Positions 1 to 12,798 of a stretch of 64,000 nt of DNA are shown piece after piece (within the stretch, counting starts at the first letter, position 1; the number at the start of each line of letters is the position of its first letter). Below the pieces are notes generated by a model. The model did not search any database and was not told where the DNA came from. It saw only the letters and a list, made by a program, of their open reading frames with translations. Both the position numbers and the translations under genes were made by a program. Location of the stretch: contig OZ024742.1 in NCBI GenBank assembly GCA_964016885.1, forward strand, positions 255,874,001 to 255,938,000, read 5' to 3'. Origin of the DNA: Eledone cirrhosa. Its lineage: Eukaryota.

Positions 1-135
1 AGCTATGAATTGAACACTGGTGGCCTGCGCCGCTAAGCAGTGTCCAGCAGAAGCAAGTGTTCAGAAGAACCCTCGATGCATTTGAAACTTAATGGTCTCA
101 TCAGGAAGATGCTTCGCTCTCGGTACTGCTGGACG

Positions 136-138
<3 letters not shown>

Positions 139-212
<74 letters not shown>
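139..212. repeat. (TA)n microsatellite
   Basis: Direct reading. Confidence 0.95.
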
Positions 213-214
213 GG

Positions 215-830
215 AAAATTAATAATAGAAATTTGCAGATGCACTGAATAATTTCTATATATGCATGTAATATTATTAGGACTCAACGTAAAAGATAATT
301 AATTCACACCAAAACAAAAAATATTAATAGATGACATTTTTTAAAGTATATCGTTAGGTGTTCAGAAATTGTCTCGATTATTGAAATAGTTTTGTGTAAT
401 TATATATAACACAAATTATTGTGCAAATTCGCTTATCTCAGCTAAGTGGAATATTGGTAGGAATTTGTGATGGATGAGAAAACGTAAGAAGAAGGCATTA
501 TTGAGAGTCAGTATGTTTGAAATATAAGTTAGTCCCTAGCTTTGTGTTTCTTTTTGTTATTAGAATGCCATTCTTGGAGTCCAGAGGGAATTTAATGTGA
601 GTGTTTAATATGTCTTTAGATTGCCAAGCATTTCCCACACATAATGAAACAGTCGTCCAGGTATCCTTTCCAATTTTCTTTTATATAATATCTGAATTCA
701 ATTCTATAAATTTGTGAAGTTTGTTAATAGATTTTTAGTTTATGTTAACTCATGTTTAAGTTAGCGTGTTTGTGCAACCTTTGCCTCCATTGTTGTTCCA
801 GATTTTGTCGATAAGCTGTCGATATTCTTT
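215..830 (-). mobile_element. Decayed Penelope-like element reverse transcriptase fragment
   Basis: Manual minus-strand translation across stops and frameshifts gives YRQKSGTTMEAKVAQT (~QxxGTAMGxxxAP), WKGYLDDCFIM, TNLYFKHTDSQ, SHPSQIPTNIPLS and KRICTII, which match PLE RT core and thumb motifs. Confidence 0.7.
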
Positions 831-1845
831 TATATATATATAGTATATACTATAGGACAATTTTGGCTGAATTCAAATTTCAAATGAAAGAACTTAAGCT
901 CTCCTTGAATGACCAACACATTCTGGGTAATTCATGAATACAGGATTTAAAACGTTATTAAAATGAACAAGAGTTTGTATTTCTTGAAAGCAACGTCAAG
1001 ACCCCAGCAAACTACGGCATTTGAGAAATGATGCCACAGAAGTAAAACATGAAAAAAGGGATCATCAAAAACTCCAATAAGCATAAAAAAGAGATAGATA
1101 GATAGATAGCTAGGCAGTTAGATATAAATAGATGATGCAGAGAGAGTGTGAAAGAGTGAGGGGGCGGGATGTGAATCATAAACAGAGGGGAGAGAAAGAG
1201 TGAGTTTCATGAAAGAATAACCAAACTGTAGTGTGATTTTAATTATGTTTTAGTAGTTCACAGCTATGTACACACACACACACACACGCACACACACACA
1301 CATACAGGCACACACACACGCGCGCGCGGACGCGTGTATATGTGTGCATGTGTGTTTATATACGTGCGTGATTTCAGCTTGTGTGTTTATGAATGTCAGT
1401 GTTTTTTTTCAGCTAATGAACAAAAGCAATTGAAATATTTTCTCTCTTGTTATTTTCTATGTTCTACTTCCTTCTCTATGCTCATCCATACTTTGAAATA
1501 CCGGAAAAAAAACATATTTAATTAGCCTCAATTGTGCCAATAAAATACATCTATTGATTTCAACTCTTACTAGAACGATTGATAAGAGAGAGAGAGGGGA
1601 AGGAGAGAGAACGATAACCACATGCACGCATCCTTTCACTCTGTCTCATATGCACACACACGAACACACACATACACGCACTTATATATATATATATAAA
1701 CTATGACCGTTAATTGCTTTAACTTGTACGCAAAAAAATCTACGCCAAACTAACGCGATGAATTTCGTTGACGTACAAAGCATTGGAAATTTGAAAATTG
1801 AAAATGTACTCCCATCACTAGATCTAACTATAATGGTTTCTGAAT

Positions 1846-1975
1846 TAGGCACAAGGCCAACAATTTTTGGGGAGGGAAATTTCGATTAAATCAACATGAG
1901 TGCATTACTGATACTTTATTTTATCGTCCCGGTAAGGATGAAAAGCAAAGCTAACTTCGGCGGGATGTAAACTCA
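1846..1975 (-). mobile_element. tRNA-derived SINE (family A), older partial copy
   Basis: ggcacaaggcc...tttatcgtcccggtaaggatgaaaagcaaag...cggcgggat matches the other family A copies. Confidence 0.75.
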
Positions 1976-1989
1976 TAATATAACTGCTT

Positions 1990-2166
1990 GTACTTTTGGC
2001 ACAAAGCCAGCAATTACCCAGTATATTACTGGTACTTTACTTTATCGATCCCATAAGGATGAAAGGCAAAGTTAACCTCGACGGGATTTGAACTCAGACC
2101 TTAATGGGACGTAACTATGCTAGAAAGCTTGGCGTCGTACCCTCTACTGATACTGCCAATTCACCA
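1990..2166 (-). mobile_element. tRNA-derived SINE (family A), full length
   Basis: Reverse complement has A-box-like TGGCAGTATCAGT, B-box GAGTTCAAATCCC, central GCCTTTCATCCT..GATCGATAAA..AAGTACCAG (Meta-domain-like, from recall) and tail GCTTTGTGCCAAAAGTA. Confidence 0.85.
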
Positions 2167-2606
2167 CATAATATAACGGGCCGTAACTATATCCCACAAA
2201 GCAACTTGCTCCATGCTCTGCAGATACTACCATTCCACCACCTTACAACTAACTATAATAAAGGATGATATCTATAGACAATAGCTAAATAAATCGGGAA
2301 AGTCTCTCTAGAGACGGAAACAGTGGATAAAACTCCTGTAGGGAATTGAACTAAGCAGGGCGAGAGCATTATCCTTTCGCTAAAGAGCCAGGGTCGCTAA
2401 TTTCAATCGGAGAATTCCATTAAAGATTCAACTGTGTGACGAATGCTTAGACACTTGTTGATTTCACGACTAGGCTGTTCCATTGATACAGCAGCAGCAT
2501 CCGTGTTCGGAACCAATAGAGGCGCTACACACCTACCCACCCACACCACATACATATACATACTCATACAAACACACGTAAACCTACAGAGAGACACATA
2601 CATACC

Positions 2607-2712
<106 letters not shown>

Positions 2713-3689
2713 TACACACACACACAGACATATACAGGCAAACATACGTACACATGCAGACACACAAACAGCCACAGACACATGCACACAACAGAAGAAC
2801 CCGCATGCATACACACATACCAACACACACAAACATATACACGCACAGTTTTAGTGTCTCATGATCAATTAAAATGACGACTCTTACAACTAATGCAATA
2901 ATGTAAGTCGTTTAAATAAGTTACATAGATATATAAATGTGTTATATGTAAAACAGTTTTATAATTTTAATCTCTTCATGCTTTGTTCTACTATGATTTC
3001 AAAGAATGTCATTATCAACTTTGCCTTATTTCTTATTTGAATGTATTTCCTATTGTATGTAGCCTTAAATTACGCCACCGAATAGTGATGGTAATAGACT
3101 GGTATCGTGTGAGACATATTTTATTTTATTAATCGCTGCTCTAATTTAGATTGCTTCGATATACAACTGGATTATTCCCAAAGCCATCTGTTGTTAAAAA
3201 TCATCGAAAGAAATTTAATAGAAATTGGGATTTCATTGGTTCTATAAAGATATTCAGAAACCCAACGTAAATCGGGCATTGCAGGTGTGAGCAATAAGAA
3301 ACCCATCGAATAAATAATATAGACATAACAGGGAGGGAATTAAGATCGCTATGGCTGAAAAATAGTGACCAGTGGAGTTAGAAGTATGTATGTTCCTTGG
3401 ACACAGACTGAGGCTTGATTGCCATGGAATGGACCATCTGGATGAAGGTTGATATGTTGTAAGACCGAAACACCCAGTGACATCAAGATAAATTATTGAT
3501 GATGCGTACTGTTGTTGATAAACCTGTTGTTATTTCTATTGTTGTTGTGAGTGTGGGTTTGGTTGTGTTTAAGATATTATTGGTGTCTGTAGATGTGATC
3601 TTAGTGACGGTGGTAGTGATGATGGATGTAATGGTGTTGTTTGTGGTGTTGATTATGATGGAGGTAATGGTAAATTTTTAGTCTTTTTG

Positions 3690-4650
3690 TGGCTGGTGAT
3701 GAGTTTCTCCCCACCACATTTGCAACAATTCTATTGCGTGAAGTCGCAGAGGGGTATGTCTCTAACGTGTGGTGGGGGTGCTGCTGGTGTCGGCTCTGCT
3801 ATTTTTTGTTTTTACCGCAGTGCAACTGTTGTGGCTCTCGATGCTATTGTTATTGCTGTGAGTTTGGCCGCTTCGGCGGTTTCAGTACCGGCGTCACCAT
3901 CATTGCTCTCACATATGCCACGGAAATTCTTGGCCCCTTTCTTGCCAGTGCTGCTTGTGTTGTATTCGTTGTGGTTGAGGCGTTGGCAGTAGTGGGCATA
4001 TTTAATGGCCAGAAAGCATTTACGTGAGTGGTGGCACCACACGTGTGATAATAGGCTTATCTCCCTGTCATCGATACAGCATGAGTTCCATTAGGGAGTT
4101 AAATAACCTCGAAAATAGGGTTTAGAGATTTCTGGTCAGTGTGGATGAGGAGCTCATTTCCAATTATAGACTATGTTTTCTTTCTCCTCGTATGCGCTTT
4201 GACGATCATGGTGCAATCTTCAGTAACGGTGAAAATGAAAATGAAAATGAAAAGGAAAATGAAAATGGAAATGAAAATGAAAATGAAAAGCAAATTTGTC
4301 TCCCTGAATTTGTTTAATCCTTGTCGCATTTAAACGGAATGAGGATCACCTCCACTACGCTCAATTTTGCGACAGAGTACAATTTTGCCTCTTCTAAATC
4401 GGAAAATATTACTTCAGCTGTTGCAAATCTTTTTTCTAGAGCTATGTGCTTTTTCTAATCACCCACACGCTCAAATCCTTCTTTATGTTGGATTCGGTGG
4501 CGTGTTCAGCCATCCACTATTTCGCGGCTATTGATGGTTTGTAGACGAGTTGTGTCAATTACTTCTTGTGCAGTCTGTAGAGCGTCAAAACGACCTTCAT
4601 GATAGTGTATTTCCTATAGGGTTTTGGCAGTGCCCGCAAACGTCTTGATG
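3690..4650 (-). mobile_element. Decayed non-LTR retrotransposon ORF1 (Tx1/L1-like) with zinc-knuckle remnant, interrupted by (GAAAAT)n at ~4231-4289
   Basis: Minus-strand translation: KKRFATAEVIFSDLEEAKLYS...EVILIP and EVI*LPNGTHAVSMTGR*AYYHTCGATTHVNAFWP (~GRxPxCxxCGxxxHxxxxCP), followed by a T/A/P-rich tail. Confidence 0.5.
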
Positions 4651-7034
4651 GCTTGCTCATTTGCTGACTGGCTGGATCATTTACTAAGTGACTTCCCAGG
4701 CACGAGGCTTGCAGTTTAGCTGTCTAAGTGATTAGATGGGTGGGTAGTTAATATAGGCCGACTGGCTTACTGGCTTTATTGGCTTGCAGGATATCTTTCT
4801 TTCTGCTTGGCTATGTACTTCCTTAACTGGTTGGTTTGTTGACGGGGATGTTCACTTTCTGCCTGACTGAGTGTTTGTTACGTTGATTGACTGCTTGTTT
4901 GTATGGTTAGCTAGTTAGTTGATAGGCTGGAGAGCTGGCCGGCTGAGAGACTGGCTGACTGGTTCATTTAATGACCGATTGAATGATCGACTGGCTGCCC
5001 AACTATCTGACTGACTTGCTGATGCACTTTATAGGCTGTCTGGCCTGCCAGTTGTGTGACTTTCTATGTAAAGGAGGGAAGTCATTCTCTGTAAAATTAT
5101 TGTTTTCGTTGCCGGTTTTCGCCTTGTTTGTTGTTGCTGTTATTGCTCTTCGTTATTGTAATAATAACGTATAATGCTGAGTAATTCTATCATTGTCATT
5201 GGTAATGCTATCATTGTTATTGATGGTGTTCTGGTTGTTGTTGGAATTGCTTGAATTACACCTGTCAGTGTTGGTTGTTGAATTGGTGTTGGCAAGTGAA
5301 GTTTCCTTTGTATCACACAGTGGCAAGGAGTTAGAGGTGGAAAAGGCAATTTATGTCATATTTTTTAGCTGTTTAGAGAAGCCAGTTCATGTCAATAACT
5401 TCTACCCATACTAACAGAAATGAGAGGTGGCGAATACCTCTTTGCAAGGTTGCGTCTTCTTAAGAAACAAAACAAAATACTTTTTGAAAGCACAAAACAG
5501 ATTAGATTATCGAAAATTAGGATCTGCACCAGAACGAAGTGAAAAAACTATGTTTTCAATTAAGAACTAAAGAATAATAAGCGCAAATCTAGTAAGTTGA
5601 GGGTAAGAAGAAAGTCGGTTATATTGATCTCAGTATATTAGTGGCACTTCACTTTATTGACTACTACCCGTACAAAAATATGAAAAAATGCGGCACACAA
5701 TCCTGAAACACTCGGAGGTGGGAAAGACTTACATGAATCTACTGAATGATAATTGATTTTGTTGTTAATAAGATATGCATATTTCTTTACATTAAATATA
5801 TAATATATTTGTGGTTCCAATCATAACGTATATATCCACTTATTTGTTACCATTACAGCGAATTGCAATATTTGGGAGTGATATTGGATTCAGCAAATCT
5901 TAGATTCCAAGAACTCTTTAATTAGAATTTATTTTAAAATTTGAATAAACTCACACGAATCCTTGCGAATGTCCAATTAGATTTTTTTTAATTTAAAGCC
6001 AAAAGAAAAACAGAAAAAAGCATCAACATAAACTATAAAGACAACAACATTGTTTAACTTAATTTCAAAACTGCTACTTACACGTTGTTTTCGGAGAGTT
6101 TGCAATACAATATTCCATTACAGAATTGAATAATCATGTGATCTTAATGGACTTAATTCGCAACATGGATTATATTGCACAAATAGATTATCTTTGCTCC
6201 TCTTAGACAATTTGAATTTGTTTTCACTTCATAGAAAATCATGTATATTCAAATATATACAGCACTAGTGGACGCAGCATGATCGAATAGATAAGAAATA
6301 AAAGTCGAAGTCATTTAGCCTCTGAACAACCCATGTATTATAAGTTAAATTTGAGGGACGAATACTATTTGGAAGCTCGACGGGTTGACTCTACCTATAA
6401 TTTTTTAAAAAGGCTAGATTTGTTACAGATTTTATCCTGCTGAATATCTCTGATCATTACGGTAGGGTTTCGTGTGTTTGAAGAAAGCTGAACCACTTGT
6501 ACGTTCATTTCAGACGCAGGCTCTACTATTGATTGAACAATTTTAATGCTTATCGTCACAAACGGCGGTGGTCCGTTCCATATTCCGAACAAGATATTAA
6601 TGTAAGAGATCAAAGTGTTTCTATACACCGAGCATTTAGTTCCATTCAGAGATCTAGATTATATTTCACCCGGTATGTGTTTGTACCGGGTGAATGTGTT
6701 TGTAGAAAACCAACAGTCACCCATACATGCCTGACACCCAAATCCACTTCAAAAGGAAAGCTAAAGGTTGCTACAGATTTGCCCGAATATCTGCACTATC
6801 TACACTATATTGTCCAACGAAAAATCAAAGGCTGCTAGAACTTGACACCAGTTTCGACTCAACTCATACATACACTATTTATACGCTATATACGATACTG
6901 TCACGGGGAAAGTCAAACCCCGCTAAAACACAGCCCCAATGTTGAAGAATTCATCGCAAATGTAGCAGAAGCATTCTAAATCTTTCTTCTTAATTTGCTT
7001 CGTTAAATGCTGTTATTGTTTCTTCCAGGGAATA

Positions 7035-7405
7035 AGGTGATGGATTGCCAGAACCGGTAGGTTTCGGAAAATATATTTGTGGCATATAGGTACATCCATT
7101 TACTTTCTAACTTCAAATCTATTCTATTGAAATTTCATGTAAGATCTTGTTGGATAAAACATTTGCGGCATATAGTGATGGCCTTTTATGTTGTGAGTTT
7201 AAATCCCGGCGAGGTTAGCTTTCTCTTTTATCCTTAAATTAAAGTAACACTAATGAACTGGTGTCGATTCAATCGACATTCCCCTCCCTCCAAATGATAA
7301 ATCAGCAACCATTATTTCTGGACTGAGTTCAAATCCCGCCGAGGTTTACTCTGCCTTTCAACCTTACGGGATAATTGCTGGCCTTGTGCCAAAAGTAGAA
7401 ACAAT
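7035..7405 (+). mobile_element. Family A SINEs: a decayed copy plus a 5'-truncated younger copy (~7322-7405)
   Basis: ctgagttcaaatcccgccgagg...ttgctggccttgtgccaaaagtagaaac; older heads at ~7035 and ~7195. Confidence 0.7.
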
Positions 7406-7439
7406 TATTTCTAACTGTGTTCATTTCCTGTTGCGACAT

Positions 7440-7720
7440 ATGAGAGTCCACAATCGTAAGCTCGCGTGTTCTATTCATGGGGGTGCGTGATGTGTCCTTG
7501 TGCAATACACTTATTTCACTTTTGCTACAAACCATTCAGCTGGCAAAAGCAGTTGTATCTGTAATTTAAAAGATTAACCACGTCACATGGTCTGTCTCGC
7601 TCAATATCCCTGAAACATACGTTATGGGTACTCAGAGACGTAGAAGGTCTAGTTACTTGCAAGACCATTTCACAAGCAGATTGCTCTGTCCGGAAAACAG
7701 GACAATATATAATTCCAATC
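7440..7720 (+). mobile_element. Decayed CORE-like SINE (related pieces at ~46100-46300 + and ~51540-51680 -)
   Basis: gtgtccttgtgcaatacacttatttcacttttgct...ttcagctg resembles the centre of the SINE at 33652-33934. Confidence 0.5.
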
Positions 7721-9314
7721 AATATATAATTCCAATCAATGTAATCAATGAAGCTCTAAAGTAGACCAGAGTCCTTAACCAGGGTATTATTTCCATACAT
7801 ATGTTAAATATAGGTAAAACACAGTTTTAGGAATGCAGGTACAATTAATTTATTTCCAGATGAATAGATTGAAGCTATAAAAAAATATATATAGTGAGCT
7901 GCTAGGATTTGAACACATGATCTTATGATTGTGTGCCAAAAATGTAAAACACTCGTCTTCACGAGGTAAGTATTTATTAGGGATAGGAAAATCGAGTATA
8001 TTGACCCCAGTACGGAGAGAGAAAATGTAAAATGGACCTCGGTGGGATTTAAAGTCAGTCAATAAAGAACCTGAACAAATTGTAAGGATTTGGCCGATGC
8101 TTTGTCGATTCTGCCAACCTGCCACTTAGCCATCACGAATAATGATGTGAATATTGATATTACAATGTACGAACCAGTACATTGGTGGACGAAGGAAAGT
8201 AGAACAGCTTGCATAGCTACAGAATTCAAATTAAGTAGTCCTTAGAATGAACATCAATAATAGATGAGGTAAATATAATCTATTAGGTATCTTAATTTGT
8301 GTTTTAAAATATTGAATTAAATATGCTGCTAAAATGCTTCAGTTTTTGATCAAAAACATATTTATCCATTAATCTCATTGTATCGTTTGAAGTTCTCTAA
8401 CGCCAGCATAATTATTGCTTAATCGTTAAACAATCCTGTGATAAACTGAACAAACTGTAATACGAATAGCAGCTCGATTCGTTTCACAAATTATCATGTG
8501 TTACTATGGTATAACTCTTTCATTTAGATACTTTGCTGATAGTGCTATTAAAAATATGTTATGTTAAACGAGGTTTTACGTCATACTAGATCTTGGAGCA
8601 TGATCAACATATCCTTTTCTCTAAATATTATCTAAAACTTAACAGTATCTGCGTGATATAAGATTTTCTCTCTCGCAACTAAAATGAACTAAACACTTAT
8701 CTTATCACAGATTATCAATAGCCGGTAAAAATGTCCTCATTTTCTACAACTTATATAGGTCGTATTAAACAGAATGTGACAGGTTTGAAGACTATGTGAA
8801 TTCATGACGACACATAAATATATAAACGCTTTAATGTATATGTCTATTTCAATTACGGAGGCATATGAAAGACATTGGAGTGTTTCAAAGTATTATTCTA
8901 CATGTTAAACAAATTGTAAATATGAAAAATTGCGGGGACTTGTGTTATTATAACAGAATAATCACCCACTAGTTTAAAAGATCCTTTTAAAGTTTTCCCG
9001 TTAAAATTATGAATTTTCTAACAGAATGAAATTTGTTTTGCGATTTAAAGAATGGACGAGGGAGGGAAATGAAACAATATTTCATGCAAATATTGCAACT
9101 CCATATAACGTGATGGGAAATGCTGCTTATTTGAATAAATGTAAATCAAATTCATTTTTGAACCCAAAATCATCTATGCAAGTAAGTGCTTTTTCTAATC
9201 GATATTTTCGGTTATAGCAAAGGACAATATGTCTAATATATTTCAGTTAGTGTTCGTAAATATTTGACTATCGTATTATTATCTATTATATATATATATA
9301 TATATATCTTAGTC

Positions 9315-12288
9315 TTAGTTCCTCCAGTCCCTTGTGGAACATTGGGCGACGAGCTTCCTCCACTTGATCCTATCACTGGCGGCCTTTCTAGCACCTCTCC
9401 AGGTAATTCCCATCTCCCGCAGGTCCTCCCTGAATGTGCTCCACCATGTTTTTCGTGGTCTTCCCCGTTCTCTCCTGCCACCTTCTGGTACCCAATCCAT
9501 GGCAATATGAGGAGGTCGATCTGCCGGCAAACGAAGGATGTGGCCCGCGAACCGCCATCTCCTTTTCCGGACAATGTCTCTTAACCTCTCCAATCTTGAC
9601 CTCCTCATCACTTCCTCGCTGCAAACTTGGTCTCTCCATGAAATTTCAATATGGTCCGAATGCAACGACAGTGGAATACATCAAGCTTGTTACATACACT
9701 TTCCGTACTCTTCCATGTCTCACAGGCATATATCGCTGTTGGTACTACAATGGACATGCAAACATGGAATTTGACGGCGTTGCCGATGGAACACCTGGGC
9801 CATACCGCACGTAGTCGCTGGAAGACCGCCGCTTCTTTTCCCAGCCTTGTGGGCACATCCACCTCAGCATCCCCATCGTCAGAGATGTTGCTGCCAAGGT
9901 ATTGGAAGTGGTTTACACATTCAATATTACGCTGACCAAACATGATGGGAGGATTTGGAGTGTCACCTGTCGACATGGTCTTGGTTTTTTCCCAACTGAT
10001 GCGCAGGCCAACTTTCTCTGCATTGTCATTTAGAACGTTTGTCATCTCTTGCAGGTCTTCTCGGGAATAGCCTATCACTGCGATGCCATCGGCAATGTCC
10101 AGGTCGCTTAATCGCCTTCCATCCCAACTGATGCCAACACGAGGGTCACTCATTGTCTTCTTCATGATGAAATCGATGACAATGAGGAAAAGGAAAGGCG
10201 AAAGGATGCAGCAATGTCGAACACCCGTCAAGATGTCAAACATTTCCGTGTTTCCGTCCTTTGTCCTGACGCAGCACCTGGAATGTCGGTACAGCGACCT
10301 GAAGATGTTAATATATTTCTCTCGGACACCGTAGAGTCTTACAATCTTCCACAATGACTCCCGATGAACACTGTCGATAGCTTTCCTGAAGTTAATGTAG
10401 TTGACAACAAGGGACTTGTGGAACTTCCGACATTGTTCAATGATATTTCGGAGAGTGAAGATCTGCTCTGAACAAGACTTTCCACTGCGGAAGCCAACCT
10501 GTTCGTCTCGAAGATGACGATCTACTTCTGCTCTCAGCCGGTTAAGGATGACTGTGCAGAATACCTTCCCTGGCACTGATAGCAACATGATCCCTCTCCA
10601 GTGGTTGCAGTCGCTGAGACAGCTTTCTTCGGTAGTGGGAGAATCACTCCATTTGCCCAGTCCTCCGGCACCTTCTCTTCTTGCCAAATCATATTGCATA
10701 AATGGGTGAGCTGCTCCTCTATTACATCCTTGCCGTGCTTCAGAAGCTCTGCAGGAATCTCGTCCAGCCCTGATGCTTTATTCTTTTGGCAGCGGATCGC
10801 CTTGGCCACCTCAGCTCTTGTGATGTCGTCTAGTCGTACATCCAGCCGGTAGCTCGCTTCCTCCCAGTCAAGCTTGAAAACTGTGTTGGGGGATGGCTGA
10901 TTGAGGACCTCACGAAAGTGTTCGTTCCACCTCTGGGCCTGCTCTTCACTGGCTGCAAGCATCCGACCATCTTTTCTCTTGATTGGCAAACTGCTTCCAC
11001 TTCGTCCTCCAGTTAGCACTCTAACGATCCGGTACAACGTCTTGGTATCATTTCGATCTGCTGCCACCTGTGCCTCTGCAGCCCGATCTTCTAGCCACTG
11101 GCGCTTGTCTTTTCGACAGCTCTTCTTTACTTCCTTGTCAAGACGTCTGTACTCCTTGTCCACTTCTTTCCATTGCTGTCGAGTTTTGGTTTGATCTCTT
11201 TTGTTCTTAACATCCTCCCTCTTGTCAATGAGATTCCATGAAGTACTGCTGATCCACTGTTCCCGGTTGGTCCCCCTTCTTCTACCAATAACATCAGCAA
11301 TCGCCCTGACCGTCTGAGCAACATCTGCCACTGGTCTTCACGGTTCTGTGCGTGCTGTAGTTCTTGGAACTTATTCCTGATCTCCAGGTAGAATCCCTCT
11401 GACCTGCCTTGGTTTTTAAGGCTTGCGACAGCAGATGGCCTCACGGTCTCATTTGCTTTGTTCTTCTTCAACCTCAAGCGGATGTTTCCAACCACAAGAT
11501 GATGGTGAGATCTGAGGTCTGCCCCTCGGTAGGTGCGAACATCCAAGAGAGAGGGACGCCACCTCATGTTAATGCAGATATAATCAATCTCATTCCTGGT
11601 GTTGCCATCAGGGGAAGTCCATGCCATCTTTGTCAATCCGCCTATGGGTGAAGAATGTATTCCCGATGGAGAGGTTGCTGATACTGCTCAGGGTCAGCAA
11701 CCGTACCCCGTTGTTATTGGTGGAATCAGCTGAACCGTGGGGGTCAATGGTTGAATGCATTTCTCTCCTGTCTCCATCTAGCTTGGCATTGAAGTCACCA
11801 ATAACCAGCCTAATGATTGACCTGGGTGTTTCCTCTAGGACATCCTGTAGTTGGATAAAGAAGGTATCCTTATCTTCATCTGAGGCCGCTTCAGTCGAGG
11901 CGTAGACTTGCATTACGGTGACCTTGGCTAACCTTGTGCTCAATCTGGCAGTAATAATTCGTTCACTCACTGACCTCCATCCCACAAGAACCCGTGATAC
12001 ATCTCCGGTGAGGATGATACCAACTCCGTGGACATGGTAGTCATGATCACCGGAGTAGAGAATAGTCATGTCTCCGCTGTCGAGTCGTCCCCGTCCTGTC
12101 CACCTCGTCTCGCTGATGCTCATGATGTCAAGGCGATGTTCTCTCATCTCCTTCAGCACCTGCTCCATCCGCCCGTCCCGAAAGAGCATGCGGACATTCC
12201 AGGTGCCTACTCCTGTGTTTGATTTGGCGTTGAAGATAGGGTTTATCCGCTGTCGGGCCTCCTTTCGGCTTTGACCCGGCCACATCAT
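9315..12288 (-). pseudogene. RTE ORF (endonuclease/reverse transcriptase), disrupted
   Basis: Five overlapping frames of one polyprotein; the catalytic FADD motif reads IADG. Confidence 0.9.
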
Positions 12289-12404
12289 AGGTGTATTCAG
12301 AGATGACGTGTCTTCTTTTTCCGCCGCTGGGTATCAAAATAGTTTTTTCTCGTCGTTTCTGTAGCGGTGAAAAGTTTTTACGGGGGTAGGGCTGCTAACC
12401 CCAC

Positions 12405-12454
12405 GCCCCAACCCACCTCTTTTGTCAACCGGGCTTGGGACCGGCTAAGGCGGT
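12405..12454 (-). ncRNA. Twister ribozyme remnant at the RTE 5' end
   Basis: Minus strand: CCGCC TTA GCCGGTCCCAAGCCCGG TTGACAAAA GAGGTGGG; GCCGGTCCCAAGCCCGG followed by G(A)GGG is the P1-type twister core. Confidence 0.85.
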
Positions 12455-12478
12455 ATATACATATATATATATATATAT

Positions 12479-12671
12479 AGTTATGTAATAAACAACATAA
12501 GGTAATTATTTCATTTACCAGTGGTTTCTTGAAAGCAAACAAATGTTGCTTTCAATCATCAGAATGAAAAAATCCTGGTGCATTTATTGACATTGGATTT
12601 TAAAAACAAAAATATAATCTATATGAATGTGAGGCTGGAAAAGGAAGAGGAAAGGAAAAATAAACACACAT

Positions 12672-12712
<41 letters not shown>

Positions 12713-12749
12713 TATACATACGCATACATATATACATACACATACACAT

Positions 12750-12790
<41 letters not shown>
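12479..12790 (-). repeat. Left arm of an inverted repeat pair with 17300-17681 (PLE pLTR-like)
   Basis: About 200 bp of unique sequence plus the adjacent compound microsatellite is the reverse complement of 17300-17681 with few mismatches. Confidence 0.9.
12510..12568 (-). ncRNA. Type I hammerhead ribozyme, intact core
   Basis: UUCAUU CUGAUGA UUGAAAGCAA-loop-UUGCUUUCAA GAAAC CACUG GUA AAUGAA: 6-bp stem I, 10-bp stem II, 3-bp stem III, GUA site. Confidence 0.88.

Positions 12791-12798
<8 letters not shown>

Larger units (their letters stand above)
9307..12454 (-). mobile_element. Near full-length RTE-clade LINE (APE endonuclease + RT), frameshifted, flanked by (TA)n on both sides
   Basis: ORF pieces 11608-12288 (GTWNVR, SETRW, VHGVG, GDFNAK), 11127-11636 (WTSPDG..NEIDYI, SHHHLV), 10534-11331, 9608-10699 (WRGIMLLSVPGK, GFRSGKSC, LSPFLF, DLDIADG), 9315-9665 (RWRFAGHILR, GRPRKTW); 3' tail TAAGAC-TAAGA. 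Confidence 0.95.

Noticed and set aside
40-135. CTGATGAGACC on the minus strand as a hammerhead
   Set aside because: No properly placed GAAA or stem I; the region more likely is a LINE 3' remnant.
3689-4027. Cys-rich 112-aa plus-strand ORF resembling a toxin or metallothionein
   Set aside because: It is the antisense reading of a low-complexity T/A-rich retrotransposon ORF1 tail; no signal peptide or regular Cys framework.
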